64,000 nucleotides of DNA. It comes from Veleropilina oligotropha (Eukaryota). This document shows, piece after piece, positions 35,659-47,720 of the stretch (positions within the stretch are counted from its first letter, which is position 1; each line of letters starts with the position of its first letter). The notes beneath the pieces are model-generated. The model was not told the origin of the DNA. It searched no databases and saw only the letters and a list, made by a program, of their open reading frames with translations. Location: NCBI GenBank assembly GCA_048128005.1, contig JBEUKZ010000023.1, positions 248,001-312,000 on the forward strand, in the 5' to 3' direction. The translations under genes and the position numbers were made by a program.

Positions 35659-37902
35659 ATGGTCCGGTGCAGTAGCTCCGGGTGTAACCAGAAAATTCAC
35701 GCATTTGATAGGCACAAGGAATGTTGTAAACACCGTAGCTGTAGTATACATCATCAATGTGATCTGTGCTTTCTTCTATCAGATAAGCAGTGGGCAACCC
35801 TGTCTCACCACGGTAAGTCGACCAGGGCGACTGCCACGGTGGGTCCTCCCGTGGAGAAGGGTCATGAAGAGACCGGTAAGTTACCTAACGTTTCTTCTTT
35901 GTCTGCTTCAGGGACGCTGGACGACAGCCGACAAACGTCTGTCGCCGGATCCACCGGCGAAACCTCCGCGACTCTTGGGAGAGTCACCGAAACCTTGCCG
36001 GTACCCCAGATTCAGGTAAAGACCCGAGTGTCGACCGTTCCTCCACAACTGGGCCTAGTAACTGCAGTCAGCCATACCTTGCCGGCTAGCAAGGTATACA
36101 TGACAGCGCAGCGAACAGCTGAACAGGGCAGACTATCCCCATCCTTTTCTTCGGCCTCGAAGAATAAGGGGACAGTTAGTCCTTCTGCGGGAAACTCACC
36201 GTCTTCCTACGGTGACAGACCCAATGCAGAGAAAGCCTTTAAAGAGGCCGGGCACCTACTTGTAGGTCTAAGACTCGGACAATCGGCGAAACCTGAATCC
36301 TCGGTCGAGAACGATGCGACTTCCCCTAGGGGTTTTCCGCTCAACCTCGAAGCTCACGAGACATTCAGAGGGCCCGGTCTCTCCCGTGCACCCACCGTGG
36401 TCACGCTAGAGAACGTGGACAGACCGGCTGCGTTCGGGACGGGGTTCTACGGCGGTTTTCCGTCCGTGCCTCGCTCGAACAGAGTGGTAGACCGATCAGA
36501 ACTGTTGCCGCAGTCCTATCGGTCGTCCGGCCCACTGACTGCGCCTCCGGGCCAGTCCTTCGGGTTCGACCCCTCGACAAGTGCCCGTGGACCCTGGTCC
36601 TCGGTTCGACCTGTCAATGCAGCCCGTCTACCTAGCGCCACGGTTACCTCGACAGAACTACCGGCTGTTAGTTCGTCGCCCGTCCTGCCTCCGGGTTTCT
36701 CTTTTGAGAACGTCCAGGCATGGATCGCGGCGGGGATCGAGGAACGGTGTAAGGCCTGGCCGACGGCTCCCGAGCCGCACCTGGTACCTACACTTCTGCC
36801 CATGGCGCAGAGCACGGCTCCTGCCTCAGTGATAGACATCGACCCTCGTTCCAACGAGGATCTCTGTTCAAATCACTCCGACCTCCCTGAATCGGTCGGG
36901 TCCGAAGACATTAGTCTTACAGGCACGCAGGAGCCGACCTCCTCCACCCGCCGAAGGCTCGACGCTGTTGCGTCACTTCGCGGGGTGCTTGGCTTGTCGG
37001 AACCGACTCGGTCGGCTGTAGACGTAGCCAAGCATAGGACGGCAGCACATCGGTTTGTTGCGAGGGAAGCCCCCGAGCTCCCCTCCTTACCTCAGTCCGG
37101 GCTGGTGGATCTTGTTGTAGACTCGATCACCAAGCTCGTTCAGGGGCGCAATCCGGTGGAGTCCTCCCCGCTGAACGAGTTCCCTTCGGGGTTCCGTAGT
37201 GGGAGGTACCTCCGGGCCAGTACTCGAGCGATCCCGTTCGAATGCACTGGCCCGTGCCTGGCGACTGAGCCGGCTCGTGTTGACGCTTCGTTGCGTCGAC
37301 TGACCGCCAGTCACCCTCCCTCCGTAGCGAAAGTTCCTTGGTCCGCCTTGGAAGCTTTCGAGAGCTCCGCCCGACGGGCTCTGCGGCTATCGTCCGTTCA
37401 GGATTTTTTCCTAGACGGTGCGATAGCCGTATTACAGGAGAATGGACCCGGCGCCACCGAGGCTGCCCTGTCCTTCCTCCAGGAGGTTGCTGCCACGCAG
37501 GAGACCAGCGCGTTGGAGACGGGACGTGTCCTGGGCAATGCCCTCCTACTTCGTAGGGATGCTTGCCTGGAAGGTACCTCGCTGGACGAGCCCACCCGGC
37601 GCTCGTTGCGATGCGTACCTTGCTCGGCCACCACTCTCTTTGGTGACAACTTCACGGAGTTTGTTGACAAGAGAGCGGCGGACATTAAGGACCGTGCCAT
37701 CGAGAAGGCAGTACTGCTCCCCACCCGGGGTCCACCTGCCAACTCGAAGAAGCGCTCCGGGCCCACCCCGGCCCCGAAGCCTTCTAAGCGTGCGAAGCCC
37801 TCTTCGGGTGGTAGGCCTCCGGCCAATAAACCCACTCCAAAGAGGCGAGCACCTCCAGCGAAATCCCGCAAGCAGAGCGGGATAGGGAAGCCTCGGCCCT
37901 AG
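35659..37902 (+). CDS. DIRS ORF1 (gag-like) with N-terminal Cys/His cluster
   Basis: C..C..D.H..C..H..C....C..C at the N-terminus, LLRRDA motif, basic Pro-rich tail; first ATG at 35659. Confidence 0.85.
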   Translation: MVRCSSSGCNQKIHAFDRHKECCKHRSCSIHHQCDLCFLLSDKQWATLSHHGKSTRATATVGPPVEKGHEETGKLPNVSSLSASGTLDDSRQTSVAGSTGETSATLGRVTETLPVPQIQVKTRVSTVPPQLGLVTAVSHTLPASKVYMTAQRTAEQGRLSPSFSSASKNKGTVSPSAGNSPSSYGDRPNAEKAFKEAGHLLVGLRLGQSAKPESSVENDATSPRGFPLNLEAHETFRGPGLSRAPTVVTLENVDRPAAFGTGFYGGFPSVPRSNRVVDRSELLPQSYRSSGPLTAPPGQSFGFDPSTSARGPWSSVRPVNAARLPSATVTSTELPAVSSSPVLPPGFSFENVQAWIAAGIEERCKAWPTAPEPHLVPTLLPMAQSTAPASVIDIDPRSNEDLCSNHSDLPESVGSEDISLTGTQEPTSSTRRRLDAVASLRGVLGLSEPTRSAVDVAKHRTAAHRFVAREAPELPSLPQSGLVDLVVDSITKLVQGRNPVESSPLNEFPSGFRSGRYLRASTRAIPFECTGPCLATEPARVDASLRRLTASHPPSVAKVPWSALEAFESSARRALRLSSVQDFFLDGAIAVLQENGPGATEAALSFLQEVAATQETSALETGRVLGNALLLRRDACLEGTSLDEPTRRSLRCVPCSATTLFGDNFTEFVDKRAADIKDRAIEKAVLLPTRGPPANSKKRSGPTPAPKPSKRAKPSSGGRPPANKPTPKRRAPPAKSRKQSGIGKPRP

Positions 37903-37929
37903 GGCTGCCGGCATTCGCGACGGCCCCAG

Positions 37930-40887
37930 TTGCCCGCTCCCGCCGGTGGGAGCGTGCCTGTTAGCACACAGCCAGCCCTGGCTAGAGCTGACAGACAGCA
38001 ACTGGGTCCACTTAGTCGTGAGTGCCGGATACAAGTTGGCATTCAACCGGCATCCGACCCTAACCGAGGCACCACCAACAAGACACGCTCGCCTCCTAAA
38101 CGGAGAGAAACAAGCGGTCTTAGACCAGGCAGTGCGGGATTTGCTCCTAAAAAGAGCGATATATCCCGCGCCGCCCAGCACACCAGGATTTTACAGCCAT
38201 TTCTTCCTGGTCCCGAAACCCGATGGCCGCTGGAGACCGATCCTCGATCTCTCGTACCTAAACCTATATCTTCGTACCGAGAAATTCCAGCAAGAAACCC
38301 TCTCGAAGATTCGAGCGGCCATCCGTCCGGGCGACTGGGCAGCGTCTATCGATCTCGCCGACGCGTATCTGCATGTCCCGATGCATATCACGGCTCATCA
38401 GTACCTTCGGTTTATACACGGGGAGACGATCTACCAATTCAGGTGCCTACCGTTCGGTCTATCGTCAGCCCCGTACGTCTTCACGAGAACAGTACAGGCC
38501 CTGGGGGCCTTCCTACACTCTCTAGGGCACAGGGTACATATGTACCTCGACGACTGGCTGATCCTCGGGGCGTCCCGAGATCTGTGCCTCCGGTCTACGA
38601 GCTTTACCCTGTCATCGACGAAGCGCCTGGGATTTCAGATCAACGAGACAAAATCCTGCTTCGTGCCCTCGACGACGTTTACGTTCCTCGGAGTCGACTT
38701 CGATACGGTCCGGTACACCGCGAAGCCGACCCAGAAGCGTATGCGGAACCTACGCGCGGTTATCCAAGACACCCTGTCATCGGACATAACTACGGCGCGA
38801 CAACTGGCCACTGTCCTGGGGCACATCGAGTCGGTAGCGCCCCTGCTACCGACGGGTCGCATGGACAAAAGACCGTTACAACAGGCTTTCAGGGATCGCT
38901 GGATACAACGGACGGGGCAGTGGAAGGATCGCATCGATCTACGGCATTGGTTTACCGACACGACAGCAGTGTGGTTGAACCCCGCTTTGCCGGACCAGTC
39001 GGTTCCTATATCCCCACCAGAGCCGAACGCTTACCTGTTCACAGACGCTTCGAACGACGGCTGGGGTGGTCACCTCGACAGTTACGAGACATCAGGCCTA
39101 TGGCCGACAGACCTTCAGGGACGACATATCAACTTCCTAGAGTTAGAAGCCGTCTTCCTGTCAGTACGGTCCCTCTCGTCACATCTCCGCAACAAGCATA
39201 TAATGCTCGCCACGGACAACACGACTGTCGTCGCTTACATACAGCACCAGGGCGGTACACGCTCGCGTCCCCTATGCGACCGAGCAATAGACCTACACCG
39301 CTTAGTGATGTCCCTCAACTCGACGATTCGAGCCCGACACATCCCGGGAAAGCTGAATGTCAGAGCGGATTCGCTCTCTCGGAGATCACAGATTATACAC
39401 ACAGAGTGGACGCTACACAGCCGAGTAGCTCGGGATGTTTGCCGCCGGTGGTCGCAACCCCAAGTCGACTTGTTTGCAACAGAATTCAATTACCGACTAC
39501 CTCTGTATGTCTCCCCGTACCCAGACCCGGCCGCCCTGGCGGTCGACGCAATGTCAATGACATGGGAGAATCTGTCCGCGTATGCCTTCCCCCCGACGTG
39601 CATTCTATCACTGGTATTACAGAAGGCAGCGACCGAACGTTGCGAGATAACGCTAATAGCGCCCCTTTATCGCACGCAACCTTGGTTTCCGACCCTCCTC
39701 GATCTGATCGTCGATCGACCGTTAGCGTTACCGCAGAAACTAGACCTGTTAATGCAACCACGCACCCGTGTACTCCACGAGTCGCCGAACCACTTACGTT
39801 TACACGCCTGGCGGTTATCGAACGATCCCTTGCTAAGAAAGGATTTTCTAAAGCTACAGCCTTACGTATCTATCGATCGAGAAGGATTTCCACTACAAAA
39901 GTCTATGACTACCGATGGGTTAAGTACGTGGATTGGTGTCACAGCAGGCAGATCAATATACTCCGTCCCCCTGTGAACAAGTTTATCGAGTTTTTATCGT
40001 CGCTCTTCGACCGCGGTATGTCAGTGTCCGCCGTCAAAGGTTATCGGGCAACGATCGCGACCACGCTAAAGCAGTGTCGTGCCCATGCTGGCCTATCAAG
40101 CGACCGAACGATATCAGATTTTATACGATCTTATGAACTCGAGATACCGACCCGAAGAATTAAGCCACCTGCCTGGAATATAGTACTTATTCTTAACGCA
40201 TTACTCTTACCACCGTATGAGCCGATGTCCGAGATAACCATGAGGAACTTGACGCACAAAACAGTTTTTCTGATCGCCTTAGCGTCGGGCAGGCGTTGTT
40301 CCGAGATTCATGCTTTCTCCGCCGAGCTAAGAGACATACGATTCCAGTCAGACGGGTCGGTGATATTGCGTCCCATTCTGGGCTTCTTAGCCAAGAACCA
40401 GCGGCCGAACGAGGACGCACCCGAGGTTGTTATTCCCAAGCTAACGCTAGTCGGAAGGCGCGACGCAGACCGCTTCAATTGCCCGGTCCGGGCGCTTCGA
40501 TTCTACCTAGACAGAACCCGTGAGTTGCGACAGGGAAAATTACGTTTATTCATATCGTATTTGCCCACCTACACCCGCGACATTACGAGGACTACTGTTT
40601 CGCGGTGGATTTCACAAACTGTGAGAGATGTTTACATCCGTTGTGATGACGACGACCGAACTATTTTATCGGTCCGCGCACATGAGGTCCGGGCCATTGC
40701 AGCGTCTGTAGCCTTCCGACATAATTTAAATATCAATGCGTTACTACAGGCCGGATATTGGAAAAACGCTAACGTGTTTGTCAAACATTATCTGCGCGAC
40801 TACTCAACCGGGGCTGATGGCCTAAGCAGCTTACACTGTGTTGCTGCACAACGGGTCATTGTTAGACCGAGGTCTTCTAATCAGTAA
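37930..40887 (+). CDS. DIRS tyrosine recombinase (catalytic domain in the 3' ~1.1 kb; frame open across the whole pol ORF)
   Basis: ALASGRRCSE (R), CPVRAL, AHEVRA (HxxR), W..VFVKHYLR (Y); true start uncertain. Confidence 0.9.
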   Translation: MPAPAGGSVPVSTQPALARADRQQLGPLSRECRIQVGIQPASDPNRGTTNKTRSPPKRRETSGLRPGSAGFAPKKSDISRAAQHTRILQPFLPGPETRWPLETDPRSLVPKPISSYREIPARNPLEDSSGHPSGRLGSVYRSRRRVSACPDAYHGSSVPSVYTRGDDLPIQVPTVRSIVSPVRLHENSTGPGGLPTLSRAQGTYVPRRLADPRGVPRSVPPVYELYPVIDEAPGISDQRDKILLRALDDVYVPRSRLRYGPVHREADPEAYAEPTRGYPRHPVIGHNYGATTGHCPGAHRVGSAPATDGSHGQKTVTTGFQGSLDTTDGAVEGSHRSTALVYRHDSSVVEPRFAGPVGSYIPTRAERLPVHRRFERRLGWSPRQLRDIRPMADRPSGTTYQLPRVRSRLPVSTVPLVTSPQQAYNARHGQHDCRRLHTAPGRYTLASPMRPSNRPTPLSDVPQLDDSSPTHPGKAECQSGFALSEITDYTHRVDATQPSSSGCLPPVVATPSRLVCNRIQLPTTSVCLPVPRPGRPGGRRNVNDMGESVRVCLPPDVHSITGITEGSDRTLRDNANSAPLSHATLVSDPPRSDRRSTVSVTAETRPVNATTHPCTPRVAEPLTFTRLAVIERSLAKKGFSKATALRIYRSRRISTTKVYDYRWVKYVDWCHSRQINILRPPVNKFIEFLSSLFDRGMSVSAVKGYRATIATTLKQCRAHAGLSSDRTISDFIRSYELEIPTRRIKPPAWNIVLILNALLLPPYEPMSEITMRNLTHKTVFLIALASGRRCSEIHAFSAELRDIRFQSDGSVILRPILGFLAKNQRPNEDAPEVVIPKLTLVGRRDADRFNCPVRALRFYLDRTRELRQGKLRLFISYLPTYTRDITRTTVSRWISQTVRDVYIRCDDDDRTILSVRAHEVRAIAASVAFRHNLNINALLQAGYWKNANVFVKHYLRDYSTGADGLSSLHCVAAQRVIVRPRSSNQ
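37946..39976 (+). CDS. DIRS reverse transcriptase / RNase H / DAM-like methyltransferase
   Basis: WRPILDLS, IDLADAYLH, LPFGL, YLDDWL, FTDAS, HINFLEL, DNTT, DLFA, YAFPP; non-ATG track start. Confidence 0.93.
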   Translation: MGACLLAHSQPWLELTDSNWVHLVVSAGYKLAFNRHPTLTEAPPTRHARLLNGEKQAVLDQAVRDLLLKRAIYPAPPSTPGFYSHFFLVPKPDGRWRPILDLSYLNLYLRTEKFQQETLSKIRAAIRPGDWAASIDLADAYLHVPMHITAHQYLRFIHGETIYQFRCLPFGLSSAPYVFTRTVQALGAFLHSLGHRVHMYLDDWLILGASRDLCLRSTSFTLSSTKRLGFQINETKSCFVPSTTFTFLGVDFDTVRYTAKPTQKRMRNLRAVIQDTLSSDITTARQLATVLGHIESVAPLLPTGRMDKRPLQQAFRDRWIQRTGQWKDRIDLRHWFTDTTAVWLNPALPDQSVPISPPEPNAYLFTDASNDGWGGHLDSYETSGLWPTDLQGRHINFLELEAVFLSVRSLSSHLRNKHIMLATDNTTVVAYIQHQGGTRSRPLCDRAIDLHRLVMSLNSTIRARHIPGKLNVRADSLSRRSQIIHTEWTLHSRVARDVCRRWSQPQVDLFATEFNYRLPLYVSPYPDPAALAVDAMSMTWENLSAYAFPPTCILSLVLQKAATERCEITLIAPLYRTQPWFPTLLDLIVDRPLALPQKLDLLMQPRTRVLHESPNHLRLHAWRLSNDPLLRKDFLKLQPYVSIDREGFPLQKSMTTDGLSTWIGVTAGRSIYSVPL

Positions 40888-41725
40888 GTAGCCTATTGTT
40901 CTCTGATTGATCATTTGCATATTTACTGACGCCATTTTATTTTCGTTGGCCAAACGGTGCTATGTAATTAACACCTATGGGGCAGTTCAATGTCTGTTCA
41001 TTTCTTAAATCTAATTTAAGATTTTGTACTTCTCATGTCAGACTGAGTGTTGACATAAGCCAGATCACATTGAATTTAATAAAACAACTTTGATAATTTT
41101 GCACAAATCTTAAAAAGATTAGGGTTCAATATTATTATGTTCTTTGCTGTAATCGAACATACGATGTTCAATACATTTAAAATGTTGATTCCTTAACATT
41201 TATTTTTAAGTAACATGTCGAACATTTTTGCTTCCTTAAAATCTATTTTAAGTGACATGTCGTCCATGTTAGCGTTCGCAAGTTGGTCATGCGAACTACT
41301 TATTAATATCGATTATTATATAATCTATTAATTCTTTGCTTTTGATTTTAAAGCTTTCACAACCTGTTAGGTTCCGTGTGCTTACAAATCCGACTGCATC
41401 CTCTGGCTACCGGCCTATAGGCCCGGAGTCCCATTTGGCTGCCACTGGTCCATGACACGTAAGACCTACAGGGATTTATCCTTCCGGCCGTGCCAGGGGC
41501 TGATTGCACTTCCGTTCACCTCGTCCGACTAACACCACGGCGTATCCTCCCGGTAACACTGGTCGAAATTCTCGCCTGGTAAGAGTAGAATATAATACTC
41601 AGTAAAAATTCCACTCTAGGCGGACACACTCGACGCTTCATGCTGATCGAATTGGTGAAAAGTAAGTCATTATCTTGTTTGGGTTTGTTGTAAGGAACGT
41701 CTTACCCACCTATCCAAGGTTATTC

Positions 41726-41816
41726 TGGCAAGAGTAAGGACGTAAGTATGTTTGTAACTATATATGAGGTTTTAATGTAAACCTAATATTAGTATAAAAC
41801 ATACTTACGTCCTTAC
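41726..41816. repeat. DIRS internal complementary region (ICR)
   Basis: First half complements the left end (34858-34899), second half complements the right end (~42063-42115), joined at ATGA. Confidence 0.93.
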
Positions 41817-41876
41817 ACGATTACCCACCCTGCGTTTCGCATTCCTCCCCTCTACTACGTTCCTTTGTGGTTTTTG

Positions 41877-42082
41877 AACTTTGAATTGATGTCATGTGAC
41901 TTCTATTGTTCAGAAGTCTCACGAGACTTGGCGAAGTCTCGCTAGGGAACGTGGGGGGTAGGAGCAGGGGAGGTAACCGTGTGCTTTTTTGGCTTATAAC
42001 GGTGCATTATGGGACATATTCACCATTTCCGGTTTGGGCGATAATATACTATTATGGCAAGAGTAAGGACGTAAGTATGTTT
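41877..42082 (-). repeat. DIRS right inverted terminal repeat
   Basis: Reverse complement of 34872-35077, followed by a unique 3' extension to 42115. Confidence 0.95.
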
Positions 42083-42125
42083 TATACTAATATTAGGTTT
42101 ACATTAAAACCTCATTTTATCAATA

Positions 42126-42944
42126 CAGGCCTGCACAAATTGAATTTTTGCGCAACCCGTTTATGGGTTACGCCAAATAGTAGTTGCGTAACCAATTTTT
42201 GGGGTTAACCCTTTTTTATGCGAAACTTCTTCAATTCATTAATAATAATTTAGGCTGTGTTAAATTGATTCCTTGTTTCTTGTCCCATGATTCTGGTAAA
42301 CCAAAGCGGTCAACACAACAAAACAGCCATTTTACCACACAACATTTTGTTCTACAATATTAAGTACGTGCATATTTACAACGAATACTCTATATTTCCT
42401 ATTTCTTTATGGCAGATGAATGATTAACTTCTGTTTAGTGACCACGTCAACAAATGTCAGCAATAAAACATTGTCCATCATCTTTGAATGGTTAATTATG
42501 AAGATGACAGAGATTGTTAGTTTTAACTTGGAAATATGAGTCATTTGTTTCATTAATAGTGGTGTCATTTAGAAACCTGGCACAGAGAGACGGTGTTCCA
42601 AAAACAAATGTATTTCATATTGATTCAATTACAATTAAAACAGTGATGACTGCAAGGAGGCATTCAACAAACAGTGGTAACAGGTGAACACAGAACAGAC
42701 TATAAATTTACAATACCGGTGTATTTCTAACTTCTTTATATTAAACTAAAAGTATGTAAAACTTGGGGGCGAAATCTACAGACAGCGATCTTTTGCATCA
42801 CATGAATACTGTCTGCCAAAAAATAAAAATAAAAATTTATTTATTTTCAATTTTTTGCGCGAACGAAAATTGGGTTACGCAACATTGCATTTGCGCGAGC
42901 TTCAGGCGAGCTGAACGATCGTTCGCGCAATTTGTGCAGGCCTG
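42126..42944. mobile_element. hAT-like MITE with a nested TA-MITE fragment
   Basis: 17-bp TIR CAGGCCTGCACAAATTG; CAATA duplicated at 42121-42125 and 42945-42949. Confidence 0.85.
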
Positions 42945-44175
42945 CAATACCAAAGCATATATACACCAAAATGTTGTTTCAACAACCCATATACACTCAA
43001 TGAAAAACTTGATCCAGAAACTTTAACCAAAATTTCTATGTCGACAAACACCTATTTTTATGCAATAATTATATTAAATTTAATTCAGCATCACTTCCAT
43101 AGTATCAATTGACATTCATATTATCAATACCAAAACATATATACACCAAAATGTTTGTTTAAACAACCCCCCATATACACTCAATGAAAAACTTGAACCA
43201 AAATTTCTATGTTCAAAAACACCTACATTTATGCAATAATTATATTAAATTTTATTCAATCTCACTTCCAGAGTACCAGGTGTCATCCATATAATGCCTA
43301 CAAAAGCATATATATTGCCAAAAAGTATCATGGGCAAGCTATATACACTCAAATAGAAACTTTAACCAAATTGTTTATGGACGGACGGACATGACAACAA
43401 CAATATCCCCCGCTACCCTTCGGACGGGGGATAAAAATGATTATGCAACCAAAATCTGGTCATTCACTTAGAATGACGAAGTGAAGAGAAGCTGTGTGCA
43501 ATGGAGATGATGAATATCATGAGAATAATTATGGGGTTGAACCAGAGACCTTCAGTGTATCAACCCATCATCATTACTGCTTGACCGTATACCACCATTC
43601 TTAACTTGACCCAGATGGAAAAACTTTGTAATAGTTTAATATTTTATAGATAATACACTGCAACCCGAGCGCTATGGTCACATTACAGGTTGAGCGAAAG
43701 CAAGGCTTGTTATATGTATATCACCGAGAGGTGGCAGCTGTATTATCTATTATACACACACCTTGGAAATTTATTGTAAATTGCAAGCTGTCACCCCTTA
43801 AAACATTCAATTGCCAACATAACGCACTCATGGGGTGATATAAGAAATCGTCTCTTGCATTGACAAGTTGTCAAATCCGTTGTTACTCAATTTAGTCTGG
43901 CCATCAAGCTGGGTTAAAGTGATGGTTAACCAATTGTCTGGATTGTTAATTGGAACAATGGGAAAATTAACACTAGGAGGCCTATTGTTCAAATAGCAAC
44001 CCCATGGTGCGTGTTGAAGTACATTTCATCTCTACGGGTTCTCCTGTACACATAATCAAATGAAACTCCACAATATCAGCCATAAATGCGACGCCCTAGG
44101 GAAACAACCCTGTAACTACACTGAGCTGACACTATAAAGCATCAATTCTGACTGTCTGTTGTACAAAGGCAATTA

Positions 44176-44482
44176 TGCCGTCGTGGCTCAGTGGGTTGTT
44201 CATAGGACTCTGGTCACAGTCTCGCGTTCGCCCCCAAAGCTTAGCGATTTCACTTGGGCAAGGAAATAAATATATTTGCCTCGGTCCACCCAGCCGATCT
44301 GAATGGGTACCTGGTTGGCAGTTATGTAAGTCATGGCGCTAAATGACTGTAATGCTCCCAGAGAGAGTTGAGATGGCATACATAGAGTGGAACAGGCCCA
44401 TAACCAGGGGTAATAATAATGTTCAGAGCATTGAGACATGTGCGTAAGAATGCGCTATATAAGACCGTTACATTACATTACA
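44176..44482 (+). mobile_element. tRNA-derived SINE with Deu/Nin-like core and LINE-like tail
   Basis: TGGCTCAGTGG, GTCCACCCAGC..AATGGGTACC core, GCGCTATATAAG..(ACATT)n tail. Confidence 0.6.
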
Positions 44483-45258
44483 TCAATTATTATCTAAGTT
44501 ACAGGATTGTTGCATCTTTAATAAGGATATGCATACAGATGTAGAAAGAGTTGTCATCGTTATGCCACAGATGTGCATCGCAACCAATGAGCGGGCAGTC
44601 GTAAAAAGCTATGAGCCAGTTATGACCGACTATAATCATACAGTCCTACAATCAAAAGACAACATTGACATTACCTGTCTGTACATATTTAAATACAGAG
44701 ACCAGTACCGTATCATACATTAACAGAGACATAGTAAAAATAAATACTAGTCTAGTACATACTTTCCTATAAACTCAGCGACAACAAGTTAATCTCACCA
44801 TTGTGGCGAAAAATGTACATTCAAAGTAAGCCATCTTCAACAGCATAATAAATTATGAAATGAATCCATGGCTGAAGGTTTTTACAATTTTACAACTTGT
44901 GTCCGTAAATCATTTAAGTTACTATTACAAATAATACAACATCGGGACATGCATTGTATCAATTTTGTTTTGCAAATAACACTCTATTTTTTGCGAAAGC
45001 TCATGCATTTGATAAAGGAAGATAAAGTGAGAAACAATTATGTTTTTTGCCATTCACTTTTGCATTTTCCAATCGCAGACCAAACAGGCCAACTTTCATC
45101 AACAATGAGCACGCAGTTGGGCACGCAGTCTTGAGCAAATTGCGTAAAATCCACAAAGCATTCAGAGTAATTTCACACAGCCATAGTAAACGAAAATGAA
45201 CCAAGTATAAAATGCAATATTTTTCGCCTCCAGGAAACTCGTTGACCGAGAATGCACG

Positions 45259-45669
45259 TCAAACAAAAGAGTAATGATTCTCCACAGCTCTTCCTTGAGT
45301 TTGCTCCCGCACGACATTCTCTAATGATTCTGTCCTAGACCGCACTGATCCGCCAATCACGATAACGTCCCTTCCGTTTTCCATCGATTGACCGGAGTGA
45401 TGAGACTGTAAACTAGTGTTGCCTCGGCCCAGATTTGTGTTGGATGATGACCGTGTGCTATGATTCGTCCGTGGCGATCCACGAGGAAGGGTAGACGTTA
45501 TCGGTCTCTCGATAGACACTACATAATCGGTTAACGTCACATCCGAAACCCCGCCCGATTCTAATGGAATCGGATGAGTTCTGAAGTGCTCTAACATGTC
45601 AAAGATTGCCAAGAACCATAGATGCTGGACTCGACATTGGCCGTCATTGTTGATCGTCATTCGCAAGTG
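45259..45669 (-). CDS. SH2B: SH2B-family adaptor, last coding exon (end of SH2 domain and ENHYSFV tail)
   Basis: [39 protein letters not shown] acceptor at 45670-45671; [10 protein letters not shown]-terminus. Confidence 0.93.
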   Translation of the reverse strand, partial: HLRMTINNDGQCRVQHLWFLAIFDMLEHFRTHPIPLESGGVSDVTLTDYVVSIERPITSTLPRGSPRTNHSTRSSSNTNLGRGNTSLQSHHSGQSMENGRDVIVIGGSVRSRTESLENVVREQTQGRAVENHYSFV

Positions 45670-47720
45670 CTAAGAAAAGAATACAAAGGAAAACATTGAA
45701 TTAAAATATGCTAATGCTAAATAAAGTGTGTATAAATAAATACAATTTACACTTGCAAAAAGTGTTAATATAGTTGAATGCGTCATTGTCTCTAGTTATT
45801 CTAATACACCAATATGCAACCTACATATTTCATATACCGTATATACTCGCGTATAAGACTATCTCGCCTATAAGACGACCACCCAACTTTCCGTCTTGGA
45901 ACCATAATAATTTGTATGTCGCGTGTATAAGACGACCCCCGACTTTCAGACTTCAAACGGTTGCAAAAATATCAACATGCAGGTTTTCAAAATGATGTCG
46001 ATCGTTATACAAACAAACATGTAAGCCACCTGTCGATGTTTTGACTGTATAATCTAATTGGCATGTGGAAAAATGCATCACCAACTTATTTATTTATCAA
46101 AGCCTTTTGTATATATTAATTGCTTGTCAATGTCACTATGTGGAATAGTCCAATTCGGCACTTGGAATAAACAATAGCCAGATTAGTCGACTGCACAATA
46201 CATAATTGATATTAACATAGTTAAATTGATCAAAATACTTGCTTATTTGCCGGTATGTCTTGCTACGCCATCGTAAAGATGTTTATTCAACAGTAACATT
46301 CGAAGTTTAACCATTTTTTCAACCTCGTGGGTTTCAAAATAATTTTTACTTCCGGAAAAAGTCGGAACTGAAAGTTCGATAAACATCGTTTCAGTGTAGA
46401 AATGTTACGGAAATGAACGATGTCAATCGGGGATATTATGGGATGGCAGACATCGATCGATAATCGGATTAAAATCTATTGTCAATGTCCAAATGACAGA
46501 CTTTTGGGTTTATCTGAACGCAAAATCAAAGATTAGGCTTACGAATCAATGTAAAAGGTGCCGTTACATGTATTCATGTGAACATCACTTAGTTCGCCGA
46601 TAAATAACATAATTATAAGACAACAACACAACGTTTCTTTTGTAATAAAATTAAAAATATTATCTCCCCTGATTTGGTTTCGTAGCATCGTCGTTGAGAA
46701 CTACGGTGATTTAATTATTATTTTAATTTATATATGAAGACAACGTCTTATAAGCTTTTTTTATATCATATCATAATATACTGGACTAATTAAATATCGC
46801 TAGAAATAATTCTTCAATAATTGTAAAAACAAATCGATTTGAGATTAAAATTTTTCAACATGGCGGCCGATAACGCGACATGTGTTCAGCAGAAGAGAAA
46901 TACTTTGTGCACAAAATGATGGATATGACGGCTACCCGTAATTTTCATGTATTTTGAGTCCGATATAGTTTGATCAAATGTATGGTCTCGCGTATAAGAC
47001 GACCCCGTAACTATTGAGTTGATATTTTTGGTAAAAAACATCGTCTTATACGAGAGTATATACGGTATGCAACATATCCTATACAATTTATTATTTGTAG
47101 CGATTGTTGTATCCACCTTCAGACCTTGGCCTATTTCAGTGCTCGTTCACATAAGTCGGTATCATTTGTTAACAATTTCTTTTGCGAAAATGTCTAAAAT
47201 GTGGCATTTGCTGACTGCACACATCAACTAAATGAACTCTGATCATGTCTTTCGAATGACAATAGTATTCTTCATTTAATATCGATTGCGTTTGATTCAA
47301 TCAGTACTGTACGTATGTAGGCCCGTTACAACGTTCGGTCGTTTTTCTTCGTGATAAGTACGTTGCAAATAATTCATCCCTTGATGCAACGAGGTGCAAT
47401 AAGGAAAATGCAGTGAATTTAAAGTATTAAACGCTATTAATTTCATATAGATGGATGGATGAATTGATGTTTAACGACCACGCCAACAGTATTTCAGTTA
47501 TAAATCGGGTCAATCAACTTTGAATGATGAGATGAGTTGGTGCTGTGTGCAATGGAGGCAGCGATCATTGGAAAAATCCTCGGCACTCCCGGGGCTTGAA
47601 CCAGTGACGTCCCGTTTAGTGTTTCATATAACTGTTAATTAACTGAAATATACAAATATAGGAAATTTCAAGTCAATTGTATGGGGATACAATTATGGCA
47701 GAGGACGCGCCATGACTCAC

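Larger units (their letters stand above)
34858..42115 (+). mobile_element. Complete DIRS1-type tyrosine-recombinase retrotransposon
   Basis: Inverted terminal repeats, internal complementary region, gag, RT/RNase H/methyltransferase and YR ORFs; TCAT at both ends. Confidence 0.96.
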
